DNA of 64,000 bases from Orbicella franksi (lineage: Eukaryota), in assembly GCA_964199315.1 (NCBI GenBank), contig OZ116709.1:12772001-12836000 (forward strand), written 5' to 3'. A program made the translations under genes and the position numbers. Within the stretch, counting starts at the first letter, position 1, and the number at the start of each line of letters is the position of its first letter. Under the pieces are notes generated by a model. That model did no database searches and was not told where the DNA came from. It saw only the letters and a program-made list of their open reading frames with translations. Of the stretch, positions 1 to 15,400 are shown piece after piece.

Positions 1-107
1 AACAAGCAACATCACTGAAAAATTTGGCTTCCATTTCAGTGAAATGTACGTCACATTCCATTTAAATGTTTGTAAAGTGTAGAATTCCATCTCAAAATTT
101 ATCGTAC

Positions 108-440
108 CTTATGTTTCGCTTTCTCAACTTCAATAAACTTCACATCTCCTTGAACATTCTTGGCCAGCTGTTCGTCAAGTGTGGCATTGGTCTGTTTTAC
201 CCAAACAAGCAGCTCTTCTAGAGCCAGTTGGAATTGTCCAAGCTGTAACAGAGCTCCTTCGATGGTCTGCTGCCTCTCACTGGAATGAATGCACAAGTCA
301 TCCCACCGAGCGTTGATTTCCTCCAGTTGTGCTGAGATCAAGTCCGCGTCTTCCGGGCGACACTGCTCGCTCAGCATTGTGCCCTTCTGGTTGACCGCTG
401 TTACATCACTTTGGAGTGGAGTCAGTTCTTTTTGGAAGGC
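108..440 (-). CDS. MACF1/DST: spectraplakin exon, 1 spectrin repeat
   Basis: AG|AFQKELT...VEKAKHK|GT, 333 nt, phase 0. Confidence 0.92.
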
Positions 441-3400
441 CTGAAACACAAGAAATAGTCATTAGTATTGAAATTCATTTTTATTGTCTGATGATACTAG
501 TCATAGACTGTCTAGCTAGGGCTTTTAAGATCAGCCAGCTACTTTTCTGGAATGACGCTCAAATACCAGAAAGAGCCATTTTGAACTAAACGTAACGAAT
601 CCCAACAGACGGGAGGCTGACCAGCTTGCTATTTACAAACCATGGTCAAGCGTTGAACTGAGGATACCCAAGAGCAAGTCCAACCAGTGGCAGTTTGAAA
701 GTCTTGAAAAAAGACCTCTGCATTTCAACATCATCACCCTGACCACTTCGCCAAGTAGCCTTAAACTGTTTTAAGGCTAACGCGAGTTTAACACTTCTGA
801 ATCCGTTAAAGTATTCTTTGAAGTTCTTGAAATGCTTGACTACGCGAGTTAAATTCTAATGAATGAGTTGCCAGTAAGCGGTTACCCGTGTTTGCGCAAA
901 GAACTCTGGGATCGTCAGGGGGCAAACATTGCAAGTCGCTAGAAGAAAATGTATGGGGAAATGTTGTTTCGACGCCAAAAAACATGGTTTTGGGGAGAGA
1001 TCAACGCTTTTTCGCCATTGTTTTATCGAAAATGGATTTTGGCAATGTTGGTACATGAAAAATGTAAGTTTTTGTTTGAAATAAGTGATAAAATTTACCG
1101 ATAAACTCCCTTTTGCTTGCGTGAGGTTTATTGTGAAATACATTGAAGAGAATATTGAAAATTTCAGTACACGCCTGATCTCGAGAGGCTACCCGGAGCA
1201 AATGGTAGAAAAGACCCTCCGAGAAGTTAAATATAAAGACAGAAAAGAAGCTCTAAAACAGAAATCGAAAATTGCAGAAGAACTATTACCTTCTGTGTCG
1301 GGCAATTTTACTCAAACGTCAATACCATACTTTGGAAAGCATAATCACGCACAAATGACTTTTAAATGCAAATACTCAGAGATATATTCAAGGAGCCACC
1401 CTTGATCTGTTATAGAAAAGGAAAATCACTGAAATACGTGCTTGTAAAAGCAAAACAAAGGCTTTGAGCAAGACAGTAGCCGCACAGCATGAGTCGCGCG
1501 GACTCGTTTGTCATTAAATCAACCCCAGACAGTACAATGATCGTCACCGGGCTTATTTCCAGTATTATTTGTATGACTGAGCTTTCAAATAAGCCAAAAG
1601 TAGCCTGTACACAACTTAAAAGGCTTTACTGGGTTATTTCCTCTCGATTTATACCTAATTAATTTTGTAATATTTTCAGACCATTACGCGATGTAAATTT
1701 CACAATAAACCTCACGCAAGCAACGGAGTTTATCGGTAGATGTTCTCATATATTTCACGGTTATTCAAACAAAAATTTACATATTCCACATATCAACATT
1801 GCCCAAATCCATTCGCGATAAAAACGACGGCGAAAAAGCGTTGATCTGTCTCAAAAATCGTTTTCTTATACCTCGAAACAACTTTTCGTCATACATTTCC
1901 TTCTAGCGACTAGCAATGTTTGCCCCCTGACGATCCCAGAGTTCTTCGCGCAAACACAGGTATCCGATTACTGGCAACTCATTCATTGGTCTAAATTACA
2001 TGCTGGATGATACGACTTTTATTAGTTAAGCACATTACAGTCACCTTCTGCTCTTGCAGTTGTTCTTTGACAATATCCAGGTCAGTCCCCACAGGTGGCT
2101 GCTCGGCAAGCCTCTGTTCCAGGTCAGTCAACTTAGCCAGCAAAGGATCATGGGTGTTGTGGTATTGGGTGGCAGTTTCTTTGACATCTCCCATTTCAGC
2201 TTCTCTCTTGTTCCACGTCTTTTCGATGTCTGCCCACTGTGAGGTGACCCCAGCGAGCTCTGTTTGTACCAGCTGCTTGTCACTGGAGCTACAATGCGCG
2301 ACAAGAACAGGGCTGGCCTCGCACAACACATTCACTGCTTCACTGTGTGCATCCAGCTCCGAGCGAAGCTCCTACGCAACCAAAATTACATGAAATTAAA
2401 GGTTTGCTGATTCAACTGGTCCTTTAGTAGCTTTTATTAGCTAGCCGTGCCACAGAAAACGCATCTTGAATATCAGACCTCAATTTTCACTTTTCGCAAT
2501 CCGTCCAAATCCTCCCCAATCCTAATCATCCTTCTTTCTCTTTGGTTTGTTATAACATCTCAGGCGATTTGTTCACATGACCGAACCATTCCTTAGTCAA
2601 GAACATATAACCTTAACTAGCTCCATAAATTGTCTCAGAGGAATGGTTTCATTCACGAAGGACGTAGCCATGCTATTTTAGGAGACAATGTCACATAACG
2701 ACTGGAAATCTCACATTTAGTGATAAAGCAGTCTTCATCCATTCCACCAAAAAATAACCAGGGAAACGATGGGAAACTCGCCTTTTTTATTCTCGTTCTC
2801 CGGGTTGATTCCGATCTATACGCGGCGCCCTAACTACTAACCAAAGGGTTGAAAAAGGCTAGTACTGCCAAAGTATCTGATTAGCTTACAAAGCAAGATT
2901 AGTTCCTCACCTGGTGATCATGAATCTGCTCTTCCAGAACTTCTAGGTCAGCGGCAGGGAGTTCCTCCGAGTCAAGATGATCCTGTACGTCCTTCAGAAT
3001 GTTCTTGATCTCATCTAAGCCCGTCCAGAACTTCTCGCCAGCATCAAGGGCCAGTTCAAGAGCTTTCAGCCTTTCGTCATACAAGGTTTGTGTGTCGGCT
3101 GCCAGCGTTGAAACTTTGCTCATCTTGTCCTTCATGAGTAATGATGTTTTGGTATCTGGATTTACATTCACCAGAGCTGTCACCAATGGTCTGACCTCGT
3201 CAACCAACTCTTTCTCAGGATCGAATTCACTCTGAAGTCCCTTTAGGAAAAGGTATAGGAAAATTTTATTTTGGTCTCTTGAATACACCAAAAAACGGAA
3301 AGAAGAAAAGAGCTTTCTACCAAACATATTTATTGTCCAGAGCAAAATGAATTGTGTTTTCATTGTCATCTTAAAATACAGGAGATAGCTCCGCTTCTCA

Positions 3401-6400
3401 CAGTAAAGTGTTCGTTCCATTGCTAAACAATGGCCTACCTTTATCTCTTCAATCTGCGCACGAATCTTATCCGGTCGGACGCTAATGGGCTTCAGATTGC
3501 CAAACTCTTCTTTTCGTCTGTCCAGCAAGGCCTGCAGCTCGTCCAGTCTGTTCTGTAGCTCTTCTTCTTGTGCCAACGTCATTCCGATCTTTATTCCTCG
3601 TTCCTCGGTCTGCCTCTGCAGCCGTTCATAGCGCTCAAGACAAGTCGCTACTTTGTCCTCAATCGAGCTGGATCCCTCACCTGGACCACTCAGCTTGACC
3701 AGGTCATTACCGGTTACTTCCAAATTACCGATCAAAACTTTCAGGGCAGTGATGCCTTCCTGGATTGACTACAAAAGAAACAACCACAACAAAAAAATCG
3801 TTCATTAAAAGAAATGAACAAAGGGAAGCCAAAAGAACCCTTGAATTCTTGCTTCTCACGCAATCTTTCGAGGAAGATTGTGTTACGAATTGGAAGGACC
3901 TCGAAGTAACCGGTAACGCATCTTGAACAGTAATTCAGCAAGGTTCGCATCTGATGTCCATACTCTCTAAACTCGATTATCGTTGTTCTTTTTGGGCATA
4001 ACCCTTTTAAATTATTACTAAGAGAGTTTGTTCAGAATTTGAAAAATTGTACATTATAAATAGCGTACGATAGCACTGAACTATAAAGTACAAGGCCTGA
4101 ACATCCTTACCTTGATTCTCTCCTGCTGAAGTTCTGCAACTGAACCATCGTCCAGCTTGCGGAAGTTTTCTTCACAGCGATCTAACCAGGTGACCACCTC
4201 CTTGTGAATGTCTCTGAACTGCTGTGACAGTAACAGAGCTTCCACTAACGAGGCTTGTCGAGCTGATGTTTCATTCTTCACATTCTGGTAGCGAGTCTTG
4301 ATGCTGTCTATATCATCTTTAACGGTCTGCTGTTCGTCGTCTTGTAGCACTGTTATTAGGGCGTCGCCGGTTTCACACACAGATTTAACAGGTTTCTCAT
4401 GCGCTGCGACGTCAGCATTGAGGGCCTGGAGACAGAACAAAAGACAAGAATGTTTGAATTTTTTTCAGGTTTTAACTTCACAGCTGTTTTTAGAAGTCGT
4501 GTGTATAACTGCAATGATCAATCATGTCTTCAAAAGTCTAATTCTGTTATGGTTAGAACATTGAACGAGATATCCAGAAATGAACATGTAGCGTTCCGTT
4601 AGGCTTATCAGCTTAATCCGGTTTTTGCAATCAAAAACGCGATTTTCAGTAATGTAATGTAATCCGGTTTTAGATGATAGTTTTATTACGAAGCGACTGA
4701 AACGAACCTGATCTAAATTCACTATATGAAATGATAAGAATTAACCCGTCTTTTCCAGCCAGCATCAAAATTCATACCAACTATCTGAATTATCTAAATC
4801 GGAAATCAGATTGGCTAAAGAAATCTACAGAAATTTTGGTAACTGGGTGATGTGTCGCAAGCCAGCCATACAAGCATTGCTCTATATTGTTCTGACAATT
4901 CTTTGCTTGTCAGGTGAGCCGCACTGGTTAAAGTAACCAAAGACTACACGACAATCAATGATTAACATATCTTGATCAATACAATCTCGCCCTCAAGGCG
5001 AGGCTACTCACCGCCTGATCGCCAAGTTGCTGTTTAACTCTCTCTGGTTCCACACCCACCGGCTCCATATTGGACAGCGTCCCTTCTGTATCTGTCAGCC
5101 ATGTCTTCAGCTCGTTCACTTCAAGTTGGAAGCTTTCAACGCGTTCCTGAGATGAAAACAACTTCTTAGCGAGCTTGTCCACCTCTGCTTGCAATGAGTT
5201 CCATTTCTCATCAACCTCGCTCAGAGCTTGGTCTACTTTCGGCTTCTCGTCGTCGATGAGATATTTCTTGAGGTTGTCACCCATCTCTCTACACGAGGAC
5301 ACTTCTGGTTCCTTAGTTGCTAGAGCTTTTTGGATATCCTGCGACAAACACGCAGCACATAGCTTAGCAACTAATCGTACATTAACATGTCGTTTTGTTG
5401 GATCTTCTATGAAACAGAAAAAGACGAGTGTAGCTAATGTAAAAGGCTAACTGTTTAGATTCCTTCAAGCCAGAATTCCGAATCCGGTTTCTTATTAGTA
5501 GTTCTGTAAATCCTCGCTTACGGCTCGGTTTCATATTAACTTCGAACCCTCCCAAACTCTTTACCCTATTGGTTTCAGGTGATATTCTATTCGTAAACGA
5601 TGATCTCAACTAAAGGAAAATCCCTTGATCACGAACCTTGAGCATCTCCTGCTGAACACTTTCACTTTCATCTTTCGCCGCTTCCAGTTTACTTGCAGTG
5701 TCGTCACACCAAGCAATCAACTGATCTTTGGCGTCAAAGAATTCTTCCGAAAGTTTAGCAGCATCTTGAGCTTCCTTCCTCTTACCACTAGCTTGGTCAC
5801 GCAACTTGTTGTAACGCTGCAAGAGCTTGTCTGTTTTGTCACGGATCAAGTCTTTATCTCCGTCGGTGCAATGTGACACGAGTTCCTCGCCAGCTTGTGC
5901 TGCGTCTTGGACTGGGAACTCAAGGTTGTCAATTTCCTGGCACAACTCCTGTCAAACCGAGAGTGAAGCAAGATGTTCAGACAAAAATAAATCAAGAAAT
6001 AAACATAGTCACATCAGTGGTAGCCGGTTTTCATGCGAGAGAGTCCGAAACGTTGATCATCGAGACTCGGAGAAAAATCCCCGGAACAAGGCGAGAGAAC
6101 TACCAACAAACTCAGACCACATATGACTACAGGCGGAAATCAAATCCAAGCCACATTGCCCCAGCTAAGAATCTTTTGTCGAGTAACTAAGCAGATTTTA
6201 ATCTGGATTTTAAATTTCTGATTTATAAAAAGTTGTCATCTGAAAGAATCTGCATTGGAACCTAAAATTAAAACTGTCTTATGCCTACCTGCAGCTTTTT
6301 CGCGTCTTCTTGGATATGTTCAGGTTCTGCTTTCTGACCCAGTTGTTGAGCCTGCAGTTGTTCCTCAGCAGTGGCTATCTTCTTATCGGCATCAGCAAGC

Positions 6401-9400
6401 TGTCCATCAAACTTGACAGCTGCTTCCATGGTAACGTCCAGTGCGTTCTTCCTGGTGTCTGTCATGTCATTAAGCTCCTCCCATTGACGTGTGACATCTG
6501 CCAGCCCTTCTTCTATACGCGCCTTGGTGTCATCATCAGCAGTTTTCAGAACTTCTTCGCCAGTTTCTTGTAACGACTTCACTGCAGGCGCTCGGTCAGC
6601 GATCATTCGGGTAAACAGCTGTAGTTAAAAAATACTTATATTAATCGAAAATCCGTCCTTCTTTTATGGTTTAAAATTACCCCTTTGATGCTTTTCTTCT
6701 TAAGAATACTGCTATTTTGAGTTTCACGTCGAGATAGAAGTGATTCCGCGTGCATCACTGATTAACTCATTATTTCATCATCCAGCATCAGCAAATAAAA
6801 GCACCAGCAGTTTAAAAAGATAATCTTGACACACCAGCAGACCCCTTTTATATCGGTACTTACCTTCTGTTCTTGCATCTGAGCCTTCATTACATTGGGG
6901 TCAGTTGCAGCAATGGGACCTTGATTCTCTACCAGTTCACGTGTCTCTGCCAGCCAGTCAAGGAGTGACTGCAAAGCATCCTGGAACTTGCCACAGGCCA
7001 GCAGCGCGTTTTCTAGCTTGGTCTGCCTGTTGCCAAGGTCTTGATTCATGGCTAGAAGTCGCTGGTTTAGATCGCTTATGGCCTGATCGATGTCACTGGT
7101 GTCAGCGTCTGGATACGCCACGGCCATCTTGTATTTCAGATCATTTAGTGCTGCAAGCTGGTCCTGAAGTCCATCAATTTCCTTTTGTAAATCCTGTTCA
7201 CGAGGTCACAAATACATTAAATTAAGATCTACTTTTTAAGAACGCGGGATTCGCGCCAGATTACCAACACAACCTTGTCAATGGTAGTTAATACGACATG
7301 CTGAGTACTGCTACAGTGGAACCTCGATTTAACGAACCTCTTAATAGCGAAAATATTTTGTCAGTCTCTCGGCCCTTTGTTACACCGAGGTCCCACTGTA
7401 TAATCAACCCTTTCACTCTCAGAGTAAAACGTTGCGATTGTGGTCTTCGTGTAGCACTGTTTCTCGTGCCTATAATAAGGTAGTTTTAACTTTGTAGTCG
7501 TAGAAGGAAATCCTTGTATGAGAACATTCAAATGAAACTTGAACAGTGCATTTATATGGTGCCTAGCAAAGCGATTTTTTTCTACTCAATACTGAGGCAA
7601 TTTGCCCTCTTGACATTGAAAGAGTAAACACATAGCGATGCCTGTAGTGTTTTTCTGACCTTGATGTCCTCCAACTGCTGGTTTATCGTGTCAACATCAG
7701 CGCCAATCGGTTGCAGCTGTTTGACCTTGTCTTCAGTTTCACTCATGGCCTGGTCTGCCTGACGTAATGCTTCCTGCAATTCTTCCACTTGTTGCAATGC
7801 CTTCTCGAGTTCCGCTTGCTGATTGGCTGCGGCGTCATTGACGTCATTCCACTGCTTGTCAGTGTCAGACATTTGTTTCACCATCGCCGAATCAAACCCA
7901 AGGCCAGCGGAGATCAGCGCTTGAGCTTGCTTGTTAACTGTGTCAAAATCAGGCTTTAGATCGTCTACTTCTGCCTTCAGCAGCTAAGAGATAGACAAGA
8001 AACATCAGTCATGATCCCTTCAAAAAAAGCTGGTTTCTTGATAATGATTACACTCGCTACCACTGACGCAATCGCCAGCTGCCTTTGCTATGACATGAAA
8101 ACAGTTCGCTCTCAATGCAATCGTTGTCAGGGTTAGAGAAACAGGGGTACTTTTAACGTCACAGGTCAAGCGGATGCAAGAAGCACTAGTGGATAACTGG
8201 TGGATAGATGATATTCCCATTATTGGCCCACTAGCTCGGAAGGAGTTATTTCATTGGTTCTTAAAGCAATTGATAACAAGTCACAACAATTCCCTAGCCG
8301 GAGGCAGTGTTTACAATAGCGGGTCCAGAGAGGTACGTGTCTTACAGATTAAAATTAATTGAAAGTTGTTTGAAAAGTAGAACAAGACTGCGTACCTTTG
8401 CCTTCTCCAGTTGTTCTTTAAGTTTCTCAGCATCCATCACCGTGGGTTTATTTTCTTCCAATTTGACCTCAGTCTCCTTAACCTGCTCCTCTAGCTTGGC
8501 TTCTTGTTCCCAATACTCCTCCAGGTCTGCAAGCACCTTTTTGTTTTTGTCGATCGCGTCAGCCAGCTTGTCCTGTACTTCAGCGTAATGGTCTTCTAAC
8601 TTCTTGTTCTCTGATTCAACAGCGGTTGTGTCAGCGCTCGGGTTACCTTCCTGAATATTATTACCTGTTCCAACAGCCGACTGAAACTCTGGTTTCAGCT
8701 CTTCCAGTTGTTCTTTTAACGCCCCAAGCTTCTCAATGTGTTTCTTCTCCTCCTCCACATCAGAGACAGGTGTTCTCTCCACGTTAAGATCAGTTTCCAC
8801 AGCAGATATTTTCTCATCAACTCCATCAACGGCAACTTTATATTCCTGCAGCTGGCCTTGTAAAGCTTCAATGTCTGTGAGTTTGCTTTGAAGGTTTTTG
8901 TTCAAGTCGTTCCATCGTTTGTCCACGCTTTGGATGTCATCCTCGACAGCGCTCACTTCTTCAACGCAAACTCGAGTGACTGCCTGTGCTGTGTTGTCAA
9001 GTTCATCGTGTGGATCTGAATGGTTCTCAACATCTTGCTGTAACTCCTGTAGGAAACGAAAGTTCTCAATTTCACACAATGTACGATAAATTATAAAATT
9101 CAACTACAACCTAGGCAACGCTCCTTTTGGCATTTACCATTTCAAACGATGCAGATTTAATCATGCCTAAAGCGATGCTAGACTGAACGGTTAATTTAAC
9201 TCTGTAAAAATACCTCAACATGTTGCTTGCAGGATTCAAGGGTTTTTGGATCACAGGTCAAGCATATAGCGTTCGCTCTCCTTTCAGCCCCGTCCAGCCA
9301 CGGTACAAAGTGGCCGCGTTGTTCCTGGTACTCATTAGTCAATTTTACTGCTTGTTCCAACTTGGCGGTGCGGTCATCTGACGCTTCGTTCAGCTCTGTC

Positions 9401-12400
9401 CACCGCTGGCTCATGTTGTCGAGTTTTTCCTGCAGGTTATCTCGGTCAGCGGGCAGTTGGCTTGTTTCCTTCAGCTGCTCTCCAGCTGCCATCAAGGCCA
9501 TGTAAGTTGGTTCTTTGTCTTTAATCTCCTGGTGGATGTCCTGGAATGTTTTAAGTACACGAGGCCATTAAATATGATGCAAATAATTGACACATGACAC
9601 AGTTTTGTTGAAAGCTTTTCACATAAAACTCAATAGTTTCAATTCTCTTTTTTTCCCTGGTTAAAGTTCTAATCGACAAAGAGGTTAACAAATTGACAAT
9701 TCTCGGATGACACCCCACCTTATCCAAAACATATTGTTTTATTCTTTACTCTGTCTGGAAAACGAATTATCACATCACCTCATCTATCACTCACGGAGGA
9801 GGCAAATCACATAAGAAGAAAGAGCCGAGCTTTCTGTTAACACTAAAATTTGAAAAAGAACGAGGCACTCGGCGCCGTTTTGACAGGAAAACGGCAAACA
9901 GAAAATGAAATCGGAGGGAGACCTGTTTGCATTCCATTCATAAAAAAAGAAATAAATAAAATAGCAGTGATATATCTTAAACAAGGTAAGTTAGGAATAG
10001 CGAAATTTAGATCTCGTTTTTCGTAATCGGTGTCTGGCGGTTGAACTGAAACTTTTGAAAGAAAGAGAGAAAAACAAACAAACAAATAGGTAAAACATTA
10101 GTTTATACCTACCTGATAACTGTCTTTCTGATCTTGAACAGTCGCTACGTCAGCAGAAATCGGTCTAAGCTTAGCCACAGTTCTTTCCGTCTTGGTTAGC
10201 CAGCGTAAGAAATCATCAAAATCAGTCTCAAACTGGCCACACTGAGTAAGCGCAGTTTGAAGCTGATTCTCCCGCTCTTCAATCTGCTCAACAAGCTGTT
10301 TCAAGTCGAGTTCAGCTCTGGATATACGGCTTTGTAGTTCGGCTTCAGACACTGGATCTTCACTGGCAGACAGCAGACTCTCTGCTAAGGTCTTGCTGTC
10401 TTTCAGATTTTCTTGTTGTTTTTCAAGATCATCCTTCAGCGCCTACCATTAAAATGAACTTTTAGTGCATGCATTACAACGTTTCTCTATAACACAATAC
10501 AAAACGCTGGCATGGTAGGATACCAAATGCAATGGTACGAGTAAAAGATAAATTTGCAATAGGAAGATATTTTCTTGGACCTATGTCCTTAGGCTTTAGA
10601 ACAGGAGAACATCGCTATCTTGAGCCAGACTACCTTGCTCCAAAAACCAATCTGGAAACACCACTTTCTCAGGCTTTCTGTCAAGTTCCATTGAGAGTAC
10701 TCAGCATTTTACTGTATATCAAATACTATTTACATAAAAAGCTTGTTTCATCCTCAAGCTAGGCTGATATCTGCTACAACCGAAGTAAACTGCAACTTTT
10801 GTTTGTAACCCACTCAATAATTTAAACAATTCACAAACATCGTAAACTTGAGTGAATAGAACGACTTCCCGCACAAGCTCGCATGAATCATTTCATTTTT
10901 GCTTAATTAAGAACTTGAGTGGCTAACGTACAGGCGATGTGTTAGCCAAAACAGACGGATTCGTTATGTTTGATTAATTATCGCTGAACTTAGAATCCAT
11001 ACAGACCTGCAACTGCTCCAGTTGTTTCTGTGCCGTAACAGGATCTGTACTTATTGGCTCCCAGGCTTTCACGGCCCCGTCACTATCGGCAGTCCAAGCT
11101 TGAATTTCATCCAGCTTGTCTTGTACTTGCGTGCCTTGATCAATAGCCTGTTCCAGCTGCGCTTGTTTGTCTTTTAACTGGCCTAGGAGAGTACCATACT
11201 TTTGGCTAACTGCTGCAAGTTCTTCTTGGACTAGTGAAGGATCACCGTTTGAAGCAGAGATGACGTCCACAGTTTGCTGTCCGCTAGTCTCTGCCTTTTC
11301 GAAGTTTTCCTTCACGTCTTCCAACTCCTGGATCAGCGCCTGGTTGGTAAAAGAAAGGCAAACAGCGAAGAATTAGACAAGAGCAACGGTTGTTGGCAGG
11401 TTAGAAAACTCAAAAATGAATGAAAAAAAAGAAAAAGCTTTATTACGAACGACTAATTTCACGAAATGCTTCTGCCAGTGAGCCAATGAAACTACCGCAA
11501 ACAAGTCGTCATTTTGTTCTTTCGTAGTAGGTAACGAAACGTAAAAACAAAAAGCAAGGATATCTATTGTTTTGGACTATTGGAATTATTAGTTCCGGCC
11601 AAAAAATAAATTCTTTACCAAAATTCCCGCTACTGTATGTTTGTTGTTTCTTGTGACTTCGTTCCCGTTTGAGTTAATAGATAGCCTTACTGTGCATTAT
11701 TTCTACGACACAGTAAATCTGTGATACATTTAGGTCAGATAACAAAAATTCAAGGCTACCTTTATGTTGTCGAGATCTTCCTTGTTCTTTGCTACGTCAG
11801 CACTAATTGGTCCTTGGGACTCGAGAGCGGCGTCGACTTTTTCAACTGTTTTTTCCACAGGTTCCATTAGATTGTTATACTGATCTAACAATTCCAAAAC
11901 TTCTTGCAGTTCCTTCTCTTCGGTGGCAAAAGCGGTGTTTAACTCATCGTATCGTTCCACAGCATCTTGAGCCTCGCTTCTGACAATATCTCCGTCAGCC
12001 TCAGTCAATTCTATCACAGCTTCTGATTTCTCGCTAACCGCGTCTCTCTCAGGTCTGTGCTTGTCGATATCTTCACGGAGCAATCTCACGGTGTTGTTTA
12101 GTTTCTCTACAGTTTCCTTGCTAGCTACGATAGGTTCTAGTGAGGCTAGTTTTTGCTCAGTTTCTGTAAGCCACGGCCCAAGACTGCTTGCTGATTCGTT
12201 GTATTTTTCTGCCTCAGGAAGAGCTGAATCAACGCGAGCTACATGTTCAGCGGTGTTCTGTCTGATGTCATTCCAGCGCTTTTCAACGTCTGCGAGTTTA
12301 GTTTCGAGTTCGTCTTTTTCTGCTCCAGGCTCCGCGCTTTCAAGAAGACCACTGCCATTTTTCATAAGCTGATCAAACACAGGTTCCTGGTGCCTGATCT

Positions 12401-15400
12401 TTTCCTGTAGTTCCTGTAAGCAACAAATTGAAGTAGTTCTTTCGGTTTTGAAGAAGCTACTTAACACCAAAACTCAGTCCCAAACACTAACTACCTACAT
12501 GTACGCGAACCAAAAGTTCGAGTTGCAAAGTTAAACAAATCTAGCTTTTACCCTCAAAAGCCCTCAGTTTGTTTCTTTATATCGCACTTCTGAATGCTAA
12601 ACTAGTTTTACAGCCGTATGTTAGCAAAATGGCATCTATTTTCTCTTATTTTGCACGTTGCAAAACTAACGTTTTCGTGGACAACTTGCTCTTCATTGAA
12701 AAAAACGTAACGTAGTCATGCCGAGTCTAAAAGTAGCGTACTAATTACCCTGTTATATTTACACACTGTTAGTGGAAGGTGGCAAGCATAAAACTGCTAC
12801 GTCAAGAACAATATTTAGACGCGATGCAACGCCGGGCTAATATTTCGCTAAGCTCGCGGTCTCGACGAACTCAAGACAAAATAGAGGGTCTGTTGATAGA
12901 CTGAATAAACTAAACCAGGCTTCTTTGAAAGATTTACCAACAACGATTACTTTTATTACACGGAATAAAGCTATCTGAAAACGTGGCCTTTCAAAGTTTA
13001 CGACTGACTCAGTGGCCAGTCCAGCTTATGTCAAACGGAAATTGCACAGTATTCTGTTGCGATTTTACATGTACCTCATCGTCACTCCTCTGTTGTTTGA
13101 GGGTATCATACACGGCCGATACAGGTTGAAGATTTGCTGTAAGTTCTTCCATGTCCTGAAGCTTATCTTTGAAGTCGCTGAATGAAACATTGAATTCTTG
13201 GGAGCGTATTTGAGCTGCCTGCAATCTGCCCTCCAGTTCAGTGATCTTGGCCCTGAGGTCTTCATATGGAGACTCCACTTTGTCAAGTTTGTTCTTGATG
13301 GCTGCCACAACTAGCGGTTCATCCTTGTTCTGATCTGTCAGTTTATCGCACAAGCCCTGGGCATCTTCTAGTGTTGGTTTCTTCTCTTCCAGTTGCGCTT
13401 TCAAGGCCTGATAAATAATAGCAACGGTTAAGAATTGGAAAAGATAACACGACGTCAGCGTACAAATAACCAAACATAAATAACTATTCTTAAAATGAAA
13501 GTTATTGAACATTAATTTTCAAATGGTACTGTTCAATTTGCTCTGCCAAACGTTTCCCAGTTCTTGGTTTGTGGAAGAAACTCTTGTGTGTGACCATTCA
13601 AATAAAAGTTGGTTGTTGTACAGTACTTTCATTTCTTGCTATCGTTTATTATGCTGTACAAGTCTTACTCTTTAGTCAGCAGATGTAACCCGAGTGTGTG
13701 ACCTTTCAAATGTGGCACTGAATTGTATTTTACTGTACAAGGTTGTTCTTACTTTAACGCCTGAAGAGGAAAATCTAGCGTGTAACTACTGAAAGCTACT
13801 GAGCAGTACGTGTATTGTTTTTCAGCATCCAGCAAAATACGCACAAATATAAATATTTTTTACTTCGATATTTTTTTAGTTTGAAATTTGGCACTCTTTA
13901 GGCTTATTACTCACCCGTACAAGGTCCAGTTGTTTCTCTACAGTTGTAGGATCAGTGCTGACAGGTCCAACAGCAGCGAGCTTCTCACGAGCGTCCTGTA
14001 TGCAAGTATCGAGCTCGTCAACCTTGGCGTTGAAGTCATCCGTGTTCTTGATCTTGTTGGAGAGAGCTTCCTCTTGAGCCTTGAGCTTCTGCTGCAGCTC
14101 CTGGAACTTCTGCGAGACGTCGGCAACTTTGCCGGTGACGACTGCATGGTCTGGTGACGAGTCATGGACCTGTTGTAGCAAGCTCTCTCCCTTGTGACCT
14201 ACGTTCTGTACTTCCGGGGCGTGGTCATCGAGAACAGCAGTTAGTTCCTGAAAGGCATAATAAATAACACGTAAAATAACCACTTCTCAAATTAGGCGCT
14301 AAATAGGAGTATTGATACCAAAGCTATCGCAAGATCCTAGATTTAATCGTTTTAGGTTACTTTATTTATTTATTTTTATTTATTTATTTATTCCTCCAAT
14401 TCCTAGCTAATACATAGATATGTAAATATAACGTAAAGAAAGTAAATAGTAACCGATAGCGCTTTGTAAGGAAGAAAAAAAAAAACACATAAAAAGAAAT
14501 TACATCACTTAAATTGAATTAATCAAATTGTTTTAGGTTACTTTGACAAGTAACTGAAGCAAAGAGGACAGATCTATGCAAACATGCCTTGATTTTTAGA
14601 ATCGAAAAAATTTTGCAAGAAAACAGGCCACTTTTTCCTTACATAAATTGATTTAAACCCATGATACATGTATGCTTGGTGGATTTCGACATTCGGCTTT
14701 AGTTTACATGAACTAAGAATTCTACTGAAAACCAGCGAGCTAATATGTAACATGAAATATATGTATGCACTAGGCCTGTCGCAACGATCTGCAATGAAAC
14801 TGAGAAAAGAACGCCGATTACTCAACATAACGGCGGATCATATTGCCGCTTTCTAAACGGAAAGAGATGGAGGTATACCTTGATCTTGGCAAGCTGTTGA
14901 CTGGCTGATTCAGTGTCTGTTGCACACACAACTGGAGCATCAACAACATCAAAAGCCTCGCTAAATACATCCTCCACCTTCTTTACAGTCACGTGATAGT
15001 CATGTGACGCTGCCTCTATTGCAGACAGTTGTTCAACCCTCTGGTCTAAGGAAGCTGACAATTTTCCGATCCTTGCCACAAAGTCTTCAACCTCTGCCTC
15101 CACAACAGGTTCATCTCTCTGCGAGTCTTCCTTCAGTTCATCAGCGCTTCCTCCCACGTCGCGAACATCGAATTTGAGCTTGTCCACCATTCCTGTAATC
15201 TGCTGCACAAGTTCTTTCTGTTTGGCGATGCTTTCTATGTCCACAGTGAGCGGTTCAAACTCGTCAACCTGTTTTTCTGCATCCCCAAGCAACAATGACA
15301 AGGAATCAGCTTCTTGACGGAATTTCAGCGCTTCTTTCTCGACCTTAATCAGTTGCTTCTGACGATCGCCAACCTTGTCTTTCACATCTTGCCATCTCTT

